Below are positions 1 through 7,249 of a stretch of DNA of 16,034 nucleotides, in pieces. A program made the position numbers and the translations under genes. Within the stretch, counting starts at the first letter, position 1, and the number at the start of each line of letters is the position of its first letter. The DNA is taken from the NCBI GenBank assembly GCA_039182715.1, contig JBCDBY010000076.1, positions 1 to 16,034 on the forward strand, written 5' to 3'. The notes beneath the pieces were generated by a model that was not told where the DNA came from, did not search any database, and saw nothing but the letters and a program-made list of their open reading frames with translations. This DNA is from Planctomycetota bacterium. GTDB lineage: Bacteria > Planctomycetota > PLA2.

Positions 1-1
1 T

Positions 2-571
2 CCCGTCCGGGCCCTCAACGACGATGGGATCGGCAGCACGTCCACCATCGCGCAGGGCATCTACTGGGCGGTCACACAGGGCGCGCGGGTGATCAACGTC
101 TCGATCGAGATGCAGGCCGAGACGATCGCCGTCCGGCGGGCGATCGAGTTCGCGACGGACAGCGGCGTGCTGGTCGTCGCCGCCGTCGGCAATGCGGGAC
201 GCGACGAGGTCGTCTTCCCCGCCCGCAACGGCGACGTGGTCGGCGTCGCGTCCGTTCGCGCCGACGGCGTGGCGGCGGGATTCACGAACACCGGAAGCGA
301 GGTCGACTTCGTGGCGCCGGGCGTGCAGGTCATCGGCGCGCTGCCGCTCGACCTCAATCCGACCGGCGCGGGTCGGTGGAGCGGGACGAGCTTCTCGACG
401 CCGATCGTCGCGGGCGTGTTCGCGCTCATGGCGGAACGGTTCCCCGACCAGGATCCGTCCCAATGGCGCGACCGCCTGCGGGATACCGCGCTCTCCGTGG
501 AGAGCCAGAATCCCGCCGTCGGCGGCGATCTGGGGAACGGGTGGGCACAGCCCGCTGCGGCCCTAAGATGA
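2..571 (+). CDS. S8/subtilisin-family serine peptidase, C-terminal portion; 5' end lies outside the window
   Basis: Frame 2 is open from the window edge. The translation reads ...ALNDDGIGSTSTIAQGIYWAVTQGARVINVSIEM... and contains the catalytic-Ser motif GTSFSTPIVAG typical of subtilases. Stop TGA at 569-571. Confidence 0.8.
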   Translation, partial: PVRALNDDGIGSTSTIAQGIYWAVTQGARVINVSIEMQAETIAVRRAIEFATDSGVLVVAAVGNAGRDEVVFPARNGDVVGVASVRADGVAAGFTNTGSEVDFVAPGVQVIGALPLDLNPTGAGRWSGTSFSTPIVAGVFALMAERFPDQDPSQWRDRLRDTALSVESQNPAVGGDLGNGWAQPAAALR

Positions 572-575
572 GCGC

Positions 576-1103
576 ATGAACTGGACCGAGCTCCTGAACG
601 CGGGGATCGAAGAGGCCTACCGCTCGACGGAAGGGCTTCTGCGCCACGTCGACGACACGATGCTGGCCTGGAAGCCCGACACCGGCGAGAACTGGATGAC
701 GGTCGGGCAGCTGCTCCGCCACCTGCCCGAAGCGTGCGGCTTTTGCATGCGCGGTTTCGTCACGGGCGAGTGGGGCATGCCCGAGGGCGTCGATCCCGCC
801 GACGCCGTGCCCGAATCCATGCTTCCGACGGCGGAGGAGATGAAGTCGGTCGAGTCGGTGGACGAAGCGAAGCGCCTGCTCGCCGAGGACAAGGAGCTCG
901 CCTACGCGATGGTGAAACAGGCGGGCGAGGATCGCCTCGAGAACCAGGCGACGACCGCGCCGTGGGACCCGATGGAGATGCCGCTCGGCCGCCGGCTGCT
1001 CGGCATGATCGAGCACCTCGCGATGCACCGGGCGCAGCTCTTCTACTACCTCAAGCTGATGGGCAAGCCGGTCAACACGCACTCGCTCTACGGCATGGAT
1101 TGA
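576..1103 (+). CDS. DinB/YfiT-like (DinB_2 superfamily) metal-dependent four-helix-bundle protein
   Basis: 175 aa, ATG 4 nt after the protease stop. His-containing helices (LLRHLPEAC ... IEHLAMHRAQLFYYL) match the DinB-like pattern. GC-rich third codon positions. Confidence 0.6.
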   Translation: MNWTELLNAGIEEAYRSTEGLLRHVDDTMLAWKPDTGENWMTVGQLLRHLPEACGFCMRGFVTGEWGMPEGVDPADAVPESMLPTAEEMKSVESVDEAKRLLAEDKELAYAMVKQAGEDRLENQATTAPWDPMEMPLGRRLLGMIEHLAMHRAQLFYYLKLMGKPVNTHSLYGMD

Positions 1104-1116
1104 ACTCCGAACCGGC

Positions 1117-2130
1117 CTACGAGCGCGCGACCGCTTCGGCGGGCGCCGGGGCGGGTCCCGTCGGCCACAGCGTGCGGTGTTCGTAGCCCTTGACGAAGTA
1201 GCCGTAGGTCAACTCCCACAGCGACCTTCGTTCGCGCACGCCCTGCTCCACCAGGTACGGGCGCAGCGTGTCGCACGCCTCGCCCATGCGGTACCAGGGG
1301 ATACCGGGGAAGACGTGATGCACCAGGTGGCAGTCGCCCGCGTCCCAGAAGAAGAGGGGGCGCGTGAGCCAGCCGGTGCGGTAGTAGGTCGCGCAGTGGA
1401 AGTTGTTCTGCTCGTTGGTCTCGGCGTGCTCCAGGATCAGCCGGAAAGTGTTGGCAATCGGGAGCACGAGCAGCGCCGGCAGCAGGAAGCCGTACTGCAC
1501 GGGGTCCTTCCAGGTGCGCCAGGCGAGGTAGATGCCGACGTACGCGAGCAGGATGATCGCCGTCTCGCGGACGATCAGCCAGCGGTTGGGCACCGGGCCG
1601 AACGAGCCCTCGGGCGCGGGCCACTTGGGCGGGAAGTTGCGGCGCAGGAAGCGCCAGAACGCGAGGAAGTATCCGATCGGCGTGAGGTAGAGGAAGCGCC
1701 GCACGCGCGTGTCGAGATCCTGCTTGTAGGCTTCGTCCTCGTCGGTGCCGGTGTAGTCGTGGTGGTCGTGGTGCGTATGGCCGTACTGCGAGTAGGGCTG
1801 GAACGAGAGGATGCCCGAGACGACACCGAGCCAGTAGGAGAACCGGCGCCCGCCGACGCGCCGGTGCACGCAGACGTCGTGCAGCAGGTAGCCGAACGCC
1901 ATGATGACGAAGCCCTGCAGCACGAAGGCGACCCACCAGAGCGGGTTGGCGCGGTCGTTCTGGCCGAGAAACCAGACGTTGAGCGCGAACAGACCGTAGA
2001 GGCCGACGATGCCGAAGAAGTCGATCCATCCGCTCTTGCGGTGGATACGAACGATCGTGTCGCGGCCGAGCGCACGGACGATGTCCTTGCGCGCCTGCGC
2101 GAAGTCGTACGGACCAACGGCAGCGCCCAT
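1117..2130 (-). CDS. membrane fatty-acid desaturase family protein (three His boxes)
   Basis: 337 aa. His boxes HDVCVH, HTHHDHH and HLVHH, plus hydrophobic TM segments. Convergent with the DinB-like gene, with only 13 bp between the stops. Confidence 0.8.
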   Translation of the reverse strand: MGAAVGPYDFAQARKDIVRALGRDTIVRIHRKSGWIDFFGIVGLYGLFALNVWFLGQNDRANPLWWVAFVLQGFVIMAFGYLLHDVCVHRRVGGRRFSYWLGVVSGILSFQPYSQYGHTHHDHHDYTGTDEDEAYKQDLDTRVRRFLYLTPIGYFLAFWRFLRRNFPPKWPAPEGSFGPVPNRWLIVRETAIILLAYVGIYLAWRTWKDPVQYGFLLPALLVLPIANTFRLILEHAETNEQNNFHCATYYRTGWLTRPLFFWDAGDCHLVHHVFPGIPWYRMGEACDTLRPYLVEQGVRERRSLWELTYGYFVKGYEHRTLWPTGPAPAPAEAVARS

Positions 2131-2192
2131 AAACGTAAGCTAACGCGGCCCTGCGACCTCCGCAACGAACGTGGCCGGGTATTCTCGGCGCC

Positions 2193-3131
2193 GTGCTGTG
2201 GGTCATCGTCAATCGGGGAAACCGAACGCCGTTGCGACGCATGCGCGCGTTTCGGGGCGGCGCGTTCGCGCGTCGCGTGCGACCGCTTCCGTTGGAGTCG
2301 ATTCGCCGCCGCCGGCGCCTGCCCGCGGGCGGCTACCTCTTCGTCGGTCACGAGACCTGGTCGTCGTCCGACCTGGCGCTCGGGGCCCGGCTCGCGCGCC
2401 GCATGCGGGAGGAAGGTGCGCCGGTCTGGAACGATCCGGGGCACGTGCTGCGCCGCTACGCGTTGCTGCGCATGCTGTTCGAGGACGGCACGAATTCGTT
2501 CAACGTCTACCGTGCCGACGAGCGGCGCGAGCCGACCCGGTGGCCGGTCTTCCTGCGCGGCGAACACGACCATCAGGGGCATCGCAGCGAGTTGCTGCCG
2601 GATCGGGCCGCCCTCGCCGCGGCGCTGCGCGAGGTCGAGGATCCGGCGAGCGCATTGATCGTCGAGTTCGTCGACACGCGCGGCGGCGACCGGCTCCACT
2701 CGAAGTGCGGCGCCTGCCGCGTCGGCGACGCGCTCTTCGCGCGCCACCGGATCTTCGGCGAGCACTGGATGGTCAAGGTGCAGGCCCACCCCGAGCCCGC
2801 GTGCGCGGAACGGGAACGGTCCTACGTGGCCTCGTTTCCCGATCGCGAGGCGGTCGCCTCCGTGTTCGAGCGGGCCGGCATCGACTACGGCCGCATCGAC
2901 TACACGCCGGTGGGGGATCGCATCGAGGTGTGGGAGATCAATACGAACCCGACGATCGTCGATCCGCCCACGCTCGCCATGAAGAGCCGCTGGGCCTTCA
3001 ACGAGCCGATCATCCACCGCCACTGCGATGCGCTGCTGGCGCTCGCCGAAACGGGCGAGGGCCGGAGCCCGGTGCCTTTGAAGGGCGTCGCGGGCGTTCG
3101 GCCGGGTTGGCGGTGGTGGGGGAAGCGTTGA
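2193..3131 (+). CDS. hypothetical protein with ATP-grasp-like motifs (TupA-like/sugar-transfer-associated ATP-grasp type)
   Basis: 312 aa from a GTG start. Motifs IVEFVDTRGGDRLHSKCGACRVGDALFARH and DYGRIDYTPVGDRIEVWEINTNPT resemble the central K/R and C-terminal E-x-N Mg-binding segments of ATP-grasp enzymes. Start codon uncertain; an alternative ATG lies at 2241. Confidence 0.55.
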   Translation: MLWVIVNRGNRTPLRRMRAFRGGAFARRVRPLPLESIRRRRRLPAGGYLFVGHETWSSSDLALGARLARRMREEGAPVWNDPGHVLRRYALLRMLFEDGTNSFNVYRADERREPTRWPVFLRGEHDHQGHRSELLPDRAALAAALREVEDPASALIVEFVDTRGGDRLHSKCGACRVGDALFARHRIFGEHWMVKVQAHPEPACAERERSYVASFPDREAVASVFERAGIDYGRIDYTPVGDRIEVWEINTNPTIVDPPTLAMKSRWAFNEPIIHRHCDALLALAETGEGRSPVPLKGVAGVRPGWRWWGKR

Positions 3132-3272
3132 ACGTTGAACGTTCGACGTTCAACGTTCGGGGTGGGAAGTCATCGGAGGTTTGGGTGGCTTGCACCGTGC
3201 CATCCAGGTTTTCGGCGGCTCCGATGACTTCCCGCGTTGAACGTCCCACGTCACACGTCGAACGTTCCACAT
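3122..3272. repeat. Heptamer-arm palindromic element, copy A
   Basis: Left arm 3129-3156 is TGAACGT TGAACGT TCGACGT TCAACGT, with the first unit containing the TGA stop of the upstream gene. The core is a perfect 15-bp inverted repeat, GGGAAGTCATCGGAG (3164-3178) and CTCCGATGACTTCCC (3219-3233), around a 40-nt loop. Right arm 3239-3266 is GAACGTC CCACGTC ACACGTC GAACGTT. It fills the whole gap between convergent stops (3131 and 3277). Confidence 0.7.
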
Positions 3273-3276
3273 TTCC

Positions 3277-4866
3277 CTAGGCCGCTTCCGGCTTCGGGTC
3301 GTCGTCCTTCTTCTTCTCGTTCCCGTCGTCGGCGCCCTTGAGCTTGCCGAAGTACTCCGGCATCTCGACGCCGCCGACGTCGCGCATCATCTGGAGCATG
3401 GGCGGCAGGGTGCCGCCGAGCCCGCGCAGGAAGTTCGCGGTGGCGTTGGAGCCGTTGCCGTCGCTGCCGCCGTCCCAGACGACGACCTTGTCGAACTTGA
3501 TGTTGCTGATCGCCTGCGCCGCGGTCTCCGACAGGTGGTCGAGGTGCTCGAGCATGAGCATCTGGAACGCCGCCTGCGCATCGCCGCACGCACTCACGAT
3601 CTCGGCGAAACCCTGACCCTTCTTCTGCAGGATCTCGAACTGGCCGCGCGCCTCCGCCTCGAGCCGGGCGTAGATCGCGGCCGCCTCGCCCTCCGCCTCG
3701 ATGCGGCGCTTGTCCGCCTCCGCCTCGGCGTCGACGACCATCTTCGCCTTCTCGGCGCGCGCAACCGCCTCGAGCGCGGCGCGCTGCTCCGCCTCGACCT
3801 TGGTCGCCTCGGCTTCGGCCGCCGTCGCCTGCGCCTCGTACTGCGCCTTGAGCACCTCCGCCTCGGCGACGCGCTTGCGCGTCTCGCCTCGCTGGTACGC
3901 CTCGGCGCGCTCGACCTGCAGCTCGGCATTGGCGCGCGCGACAATCGCCTGCGCCTCGTTCTCACCCTTGACCGCCTGCGCGTCCGCGTCCGCCACGGCG
4001 ACGCGCTTCTCGCGCTCCGCTTCGGCGACCTTCGCTTCCGTCTGGTTGCGGGCGGTCTCCTCGCCGACGCGCGCGTCGCGGTCGAGGTTGGCGACCTGGA
4101 TGACGCGCTCCTTCTCCGCCTCCTTCGTGCCGATGTCGCGGTTCTTCTGGGCGATCGCGACGTCGATGTCCTTCTCGCGGTTGGCGCGCGCGACGCCGAT
4201 CGCGCCCGACTTCTCCTGCTCCGCCACGTCGATCTCGGCCTGCTGGATGGCGGTCGCCGCCGCCTTGCGGCCGATCGCCTCGATGTAGCCGGAGTCGTCC
4301 GTGATGTCGGTGATGTTCACGTTGATCAGCGAAAGGCCGATCTTGCGCAGCTCCGGCTCGAGGGAGTCCTGGATCGAGTTGAGGAACGCGTCGCGGTCGC
4401 GGTTGATCTCCTCGATGCGCATGGATGCGATCACCTGGCGCAGCTGGCCGAAGATGATGTCGCGCGCCTGAGCCTCGATGTCGCCGGGACGCAGGTTGAG
4501 CAGGCGCACCGCGGCGTTGTTCATCGCGCCCGGGTCGGTGCCGACGGCGACCGTGAAGACCGAGGGCACGTTCACGCGGATGTTCTCCAGCGAGAGCGCG
4601 CCCTTGAGCGGAATCTCGATCTGCAGCGGTTCGAGGTCGAGGTAGGCGTAGTCCTGGATGAGCGGCCAGACGAATGCGCCGCCGCCGTGATGGCAGCGGG
4701 CGGCGTTCTGACCGCCGACCTTTCCGTAGACGACGAGCACCTTGTTGGACGGGCATCGCTTGTAGCGCTTGATCAGCAGGATCAGGAAGCTGAAGAACAG
4801 CAGCGCGAGAACGACGACCAACAGCACCGTCGGATCGGAGAGGTTGATCGCGAACAGGGACGGCAT
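3277..4866 (-). CDS. SPFH/band-7 flotillin-like protein (FloT/YuaG-like) with long EA-rich coiled coil
   Basis: 529 aa. N-terminal membrane hairpin (VLLVVVLALLFFSFLILLI), an SPFH domain, then an extended Ala/Glu coiled-coil region. An RBS AAGGAGAAG lies upstream of the ATG. Confidence 0.8.
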   Translation of the reverse strand: MPSLFAINLSDPTVLLVVVLALLFFSFLILLIKRYKRCPSNKVLVVYGKVGGQNAARCHHGGGAFVWPLIQDYAYLDLEPLQIEIPLKGALSLENIRVNVPSVFTVAVGTDPGAMNNAAVRLLNLRPGDIEAQARDIIFGQLRQVIASMRIEEINRDRDAFLNSIQDSLEPELRKIGLSLINVNITDITDDSGYIEAIGRKAAATAIQQAEIDVAEQEKSGAIGVARANREKDIDVAIAQKNRDIGTKEAEKERVIQVANLDRDARVGEETARNQTEAKVAEAEREKRVAVADADAQAVKGENEAQAIVARANAELQVERAEAYQRGETRKRVAEAEVLKAQYEAQATAAEAEATKVEAEQRAALEAVARAEKAKMVVDAEAEADKRRIEAEGEAAAIYARLEAEARGQFEILQKKGQGFAEIVSACGDAQAAFQMLMLEHLDHLSETAAQAISNIKFDKVVVWDGGSDGNGSNATANFLRGLGGTLPPMLQMMRDVGGVEMPEYFGKLKGADDGNEKKKDDDPKPEAA

Positions 4867-4872
4867 TTCTAT

Positions 4873-4881
4873 CTTCTCCTT
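4873..4881 (-). promoter_or_regulatory. Shine-Dalgarno for the flotillin gene (AAGGAGAAG on the minus strand)
   Basis: The reverse complement of cttctcctt is AAGGAGAAG, about 7-10 nt upstream of the ATG at 4866. It lies in the 26-bp nfeD-flotillin spacer. Confidence 0.4.
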
Positions 4882-4892
4882 CGTGGTTTGTT

Positions 4893-5453
4893 TCAGATGG
4901 CGATGACGTCGAGGGTCTGGTCGCCCTCGACCGACACGACGCGGATGCGCGCGCCGGACGGGATCTCGTCACCGTCGGTGCGCGCCGGGAACTCGAGCGA
5001 GCGCCCCTGGATCTCGATGGTCACCTTGCCCAGCCCCTCGTGCGCGCCGGGGATGCGCAGATAGCAGGTGCCGCTCTTGCCGACCGCGTTCTCGATGCGG
5101 ACGGTGCCGCTCGACTGCAGGTTGGCGAGCCCGCGCATGAGCAGGCCGACGGCGAACATGCCGGCGACACCGGACCCGGTCGCCACCGCGAGTCGTACGG
5201 GCATGGCGGGCGAGCGCTCCATCATGATGAGGCCGACCAGACCGAAGATCGCGGCGAAGGCGCAGAGCGCCTTGAACGAAAGCACGCCGAAGAAGACGTT
5301 GCCGTGGCCGACGGGATCGCCGTCGGTGTCGAGTTCCGGCCCGTCCATGTCGATGTCCGCTTCGCCGAACAGTCCCAGCGTCTGCAGGACGACCTGCACG
5401 AGCACGAGCACGCCGCCGCCGACGGCGCAGATGGTGTAGAGATTGGCTTCCAC
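4893..5453 (-). CDS. NfeD-family membrane protein (YuaF/YqiJ-like), partner of SPFH proteins
   Basis: 186 aa from a GTG start, with GAGGGAG 7 nt upstream. N-terminal TM segments plus a C-terminal OB-fold-like soluble part. Sits immediately upstream and co-directional with the flotillin gene, the classic nfeD-SPFH operon. Confidence 0.7.
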   Translation of the reverse strand: MEANLYTICAVGGGVLVLVQVVLQTLGLFGEADIDMDGPELDTDGDPVGHGNVFFGVLSFKALCAFAAIFGLVGLIMMERSPAMPVRLAVATGSGVAGMFAVGLLMRGLANLQSSGTVRIENAVGKSGTCYLRIPGAHEGLGKVTIEIQGRSLEFPARTDGDEIPSGARIRVVSVEGDQTLDVIAI

Positions 5454-5566
5454 TTCGTCTCCCTCACGTAATCGGTAACCTTTACTTCCGACAAACCGGC
5501 TCTATTCGCGGCTTTCCCCGCGCTTTTCCGCGCGCCCCGGCAAAGCGGGTATAAAGGTCTCACCGA
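5454..5566. promoter_or_regulatory. divergent promoter region between nfeD-flotillin operon and Kelch lipoprotein gene
   Basis: 113-bp gap between divergent start codons. It contains the AT-richer stretch ggtaacctttacttccgacaaa and a TATAAA hexamer (GGGTATAAAGG) about 13 bp upstream of the GTG at 5567. Confidence 0.35.
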
Positions 5567-7051
5567 GTGAGAGGACATGGCGGGGCGTTTCTCATCGCCC
5601 TCCTCGTCGCGTGCGGCGGCGGAGGTGGCGGAGGCGGTACGCCGTTTCGGGTGACGGGTTCGTCGCCGGAGACGGGCACCACCGAAGCGGACATCGACGT
5701 GCCGGTTCTGATCGTCTTCAATCGGCCGGCCGACGTCGCCACGCTCAACCAGGAGACGGTCCGCCTCGAGACGGCCGACGGTGTCCCGGTCGGCGCGCGG
5801 ATCCTCGTGCAGGGATTCAACTCCGCGGCGGTCAACGTCGAGCCGTTCGCGAATCTCGACGAGAACGTCGGCTATCGCGTCGTCCTCAGCGGGGTCCGCG
5901 CGACGGACGGCACCGCGCTGGCGACGCAGACCGTCTGTTTCGTGACGCGCAGCAGCACGCCGACGGTCCGGCCCGACCAGCTGCTCGATCTCGGCGACGC
6001 CCTGCAGGTTCCGCGCTTCCGCGGCGTCTCGATCCGGATGCGCGACGGCCGGACCGCGGTCATCGGCGGCTACTCCGACCCGCAGACCGCGACCGACACG
6101 ATCGAGATCTACGAGCCCACGACGCGCGGCTTCCGGCTGCTGACCGCGCGCCTCACCGTGCCGCGCGCCGAGTTCACGGTGACGCAGCTCAACGACCGGC
6201 GCATCGTCATCGCGGGCGGCGTCTCCGAGCCCGGCGGCGCGCCGCTGGCGTCGACCGACATCTTCGACCCGGGCAGCGAGACGGTCGCGCCCGGCCCGTC
6301 GATGAACATCGCGCGCCGCGAGCATGCCGCCAGCGGATTCTTCGGCAACGATCGCCTCGTCGTCTCGGGCGGCTTCGACGCCGACGGCGAAGCGCTGGAT
6401 AGCCTGGAGGAGCTGCGGGGGACGACCTGGGAGATCATGCCTCTCACGCTGCCCGAGCCGACCGCGCAGGGCATTCAGGTCGCGTCGCTCTTCGACCGCA
6501 TCTACTTCTCCGCCAGCAACCTGCTCGGCATCAGCGGCTACATCAATGCGGCGGGGGAGATGGTCACGCGTGCGGAGGGCGACATCCGCTTCCGCCCGGC
6601 GTACGCGACGCTCTCGAACGGCGACTTCCTGATCATCGGCGGCGATACACGTTCGATGGTCACCATCGACATGTCCTCGGGTTTGCCGTGGGGCGCCAGC
6701 AGCTTCCTCCGCGAACGGCGCGGCCTGCACTCCGTGACCGTGCGCGGCAACAACGGACGGCGCCTGCTGGTCGTCGGCGGCTTCAACCGCGCCGTGCAGG
6801 GAGAGCCTCCGCTCACGTCGATGGAGATCGTCGATGCGCTCGATCCGGGCCCGTTCGGCTTCCCCGACGCGGTCGCCTATCGTGTCGACCCGCTGCGTCT
6901 GCCCGTGCCGTTCGCCGGCCACGTCGGATTTAACGACAACAGCGGCCGCACGATCATCGCCGGCGGCGTCGGCGACGGCGTCGGTCCCCACTCGCGCCGC
7001 GCGATCATGATCGTCGACAACGCGAATTCGCTCACCGTCGACTGCGATTGA
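5567..7051 (+). CDS. Kelch-repeat beta-propeller lipoprotein with N-terminal Ig-like (SbsA/Big-like) domain
   Basis: 494 aa. Signal peptide with lipobox LLVAC followed by a Gly8 linker. Repeated Kelch-like blades (AVIGGYSD, IVIAGGVSEPGG, LVVSGGFDADG, FLIIGGDT, LLVVGGFN, TIIAGGVGDG). The TGA stop lies inside the first heptamer of repeat copy B. Confidence 0.7.
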   Translation: MRGHGGAFLIALLVACGGGGGGGGTPFRVTGSSPETGTTEADIDVPVLIVFNRPADVATLNQETVRLETADGVPVGARILVQGFNSAAVNVEPFANLDENVGYRVVLSGVRATDGTALATQTVCFVTRSSTPTVRPDQLLDLGDALQVPRFRGVSIRMRDGRTAVIGGYSDPQTATDTIEIYEPTTRGFRLLTARLTVPRAEFTVTQLNDRRIVIAGGVSEPGGAPLASTDIFDPGSETVAPGPSMNIARREHAASGFFGNDRLVVSGGFDADGEALDSLEELRGTTWEIMPLTLPEPTAQGIQVASLFDRIYFSASNLLGISGYINAAGEMVTRAEGDIRFRPAYATLSNGDFLIIGGDTRSMVTIDMSSGLPWGASSFLRERRGLHSVTVRGNNGRRLLVVGGFNRAVQGEPPLTSMEIVDALDPGPFGFPDAVAYRVDPLRLPVPFAGHVGFNDNSGRTIIAGGVGDGVGPHSRRAIMIVDNANSLTVDCD

Positions 7052-7249
7052 ACGTTCGATGTTCGACGTTCGACGCTCGACGTTCGACGCTCGACGCTCG
7101 ACGCTCGACGCTCGACGCTCGACGTCAGCGATGGAGAGGCATTGAGGGTGCGGGCGAAGGGACCAAGTTGGCGCGTTCTCGTCGCCGCATCCCTCCGTCG
7201 CCTTCCTTGGTGAGACGTCAAACGTCAAACGTCGAACGTCAAACGTTCA
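7049..7249. repeat. Heptamer-arm palindromic element, copy B (expanded left arm)
   Basis: Left arm 7049-7125 is 11 tandem 7-mers: TGAACGT, TCGATGT, then TCGACGT/TCGACGC units including 5 perfect consecutive TCGACGC. GC-rich core 7126-7212 with imperfect long-range complementarity (gcgatggagagg with ccctccgtcgc, cgaaggg with ccttcc). Right arm 7213-7247 is AGACGTC AAACGTC AAACGTC GAACGTC AAACGTT. Both flanking TGA stops (7049-7051 on plus, 7247-7249 on minus) lie inside the terminal units. Confidence 0.75.

Noticed and set aside
1088-3023. Long ORFs 1088-2242 (-), 1177-2658 (+), 1575-3023 (-) and 2171-3280 (+) overlapping the desaturase and ATP-grasp genes
   Set aside because: The translations are low-complexity Arg/Pro/Ala/Gly-rich, typical of out-of-frame or antisense shadow ORFs in 70% GC DNA. 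They overlap genes with clear motifs (His boxes, ATP-grasp segments).
3535-5064. 509-aa plus-strand ORF, and 3962-4972 and 3594-3965 minus ORFs, across the flotillin gene
   Set aside because: Antisense or frameshifted shadows of the flotillin coiled-coil region (repetitive LRL/RRR translations). The flotillin frame has the recognisable SPFH domain and a strong RBS.
7049-7125. Possibility that the tandem 7-nt repeats are a CRISPR array
   Set aside because: Units are 7 nt with no spacers, far below CRISPR repeat and spacer sizes. No cas genes are present.
5222-7228. 668-aa minus-strand ORF spanning the kelch lipoprotein gene and repeat copy B
   Set aside because: Its C-terminal region is a translation of the heptamer repeats (RRASSVERRASNVERRTSNIERS), and the rest is antisense to a gene with clear Kelch blades. 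It is a shadow ORF.
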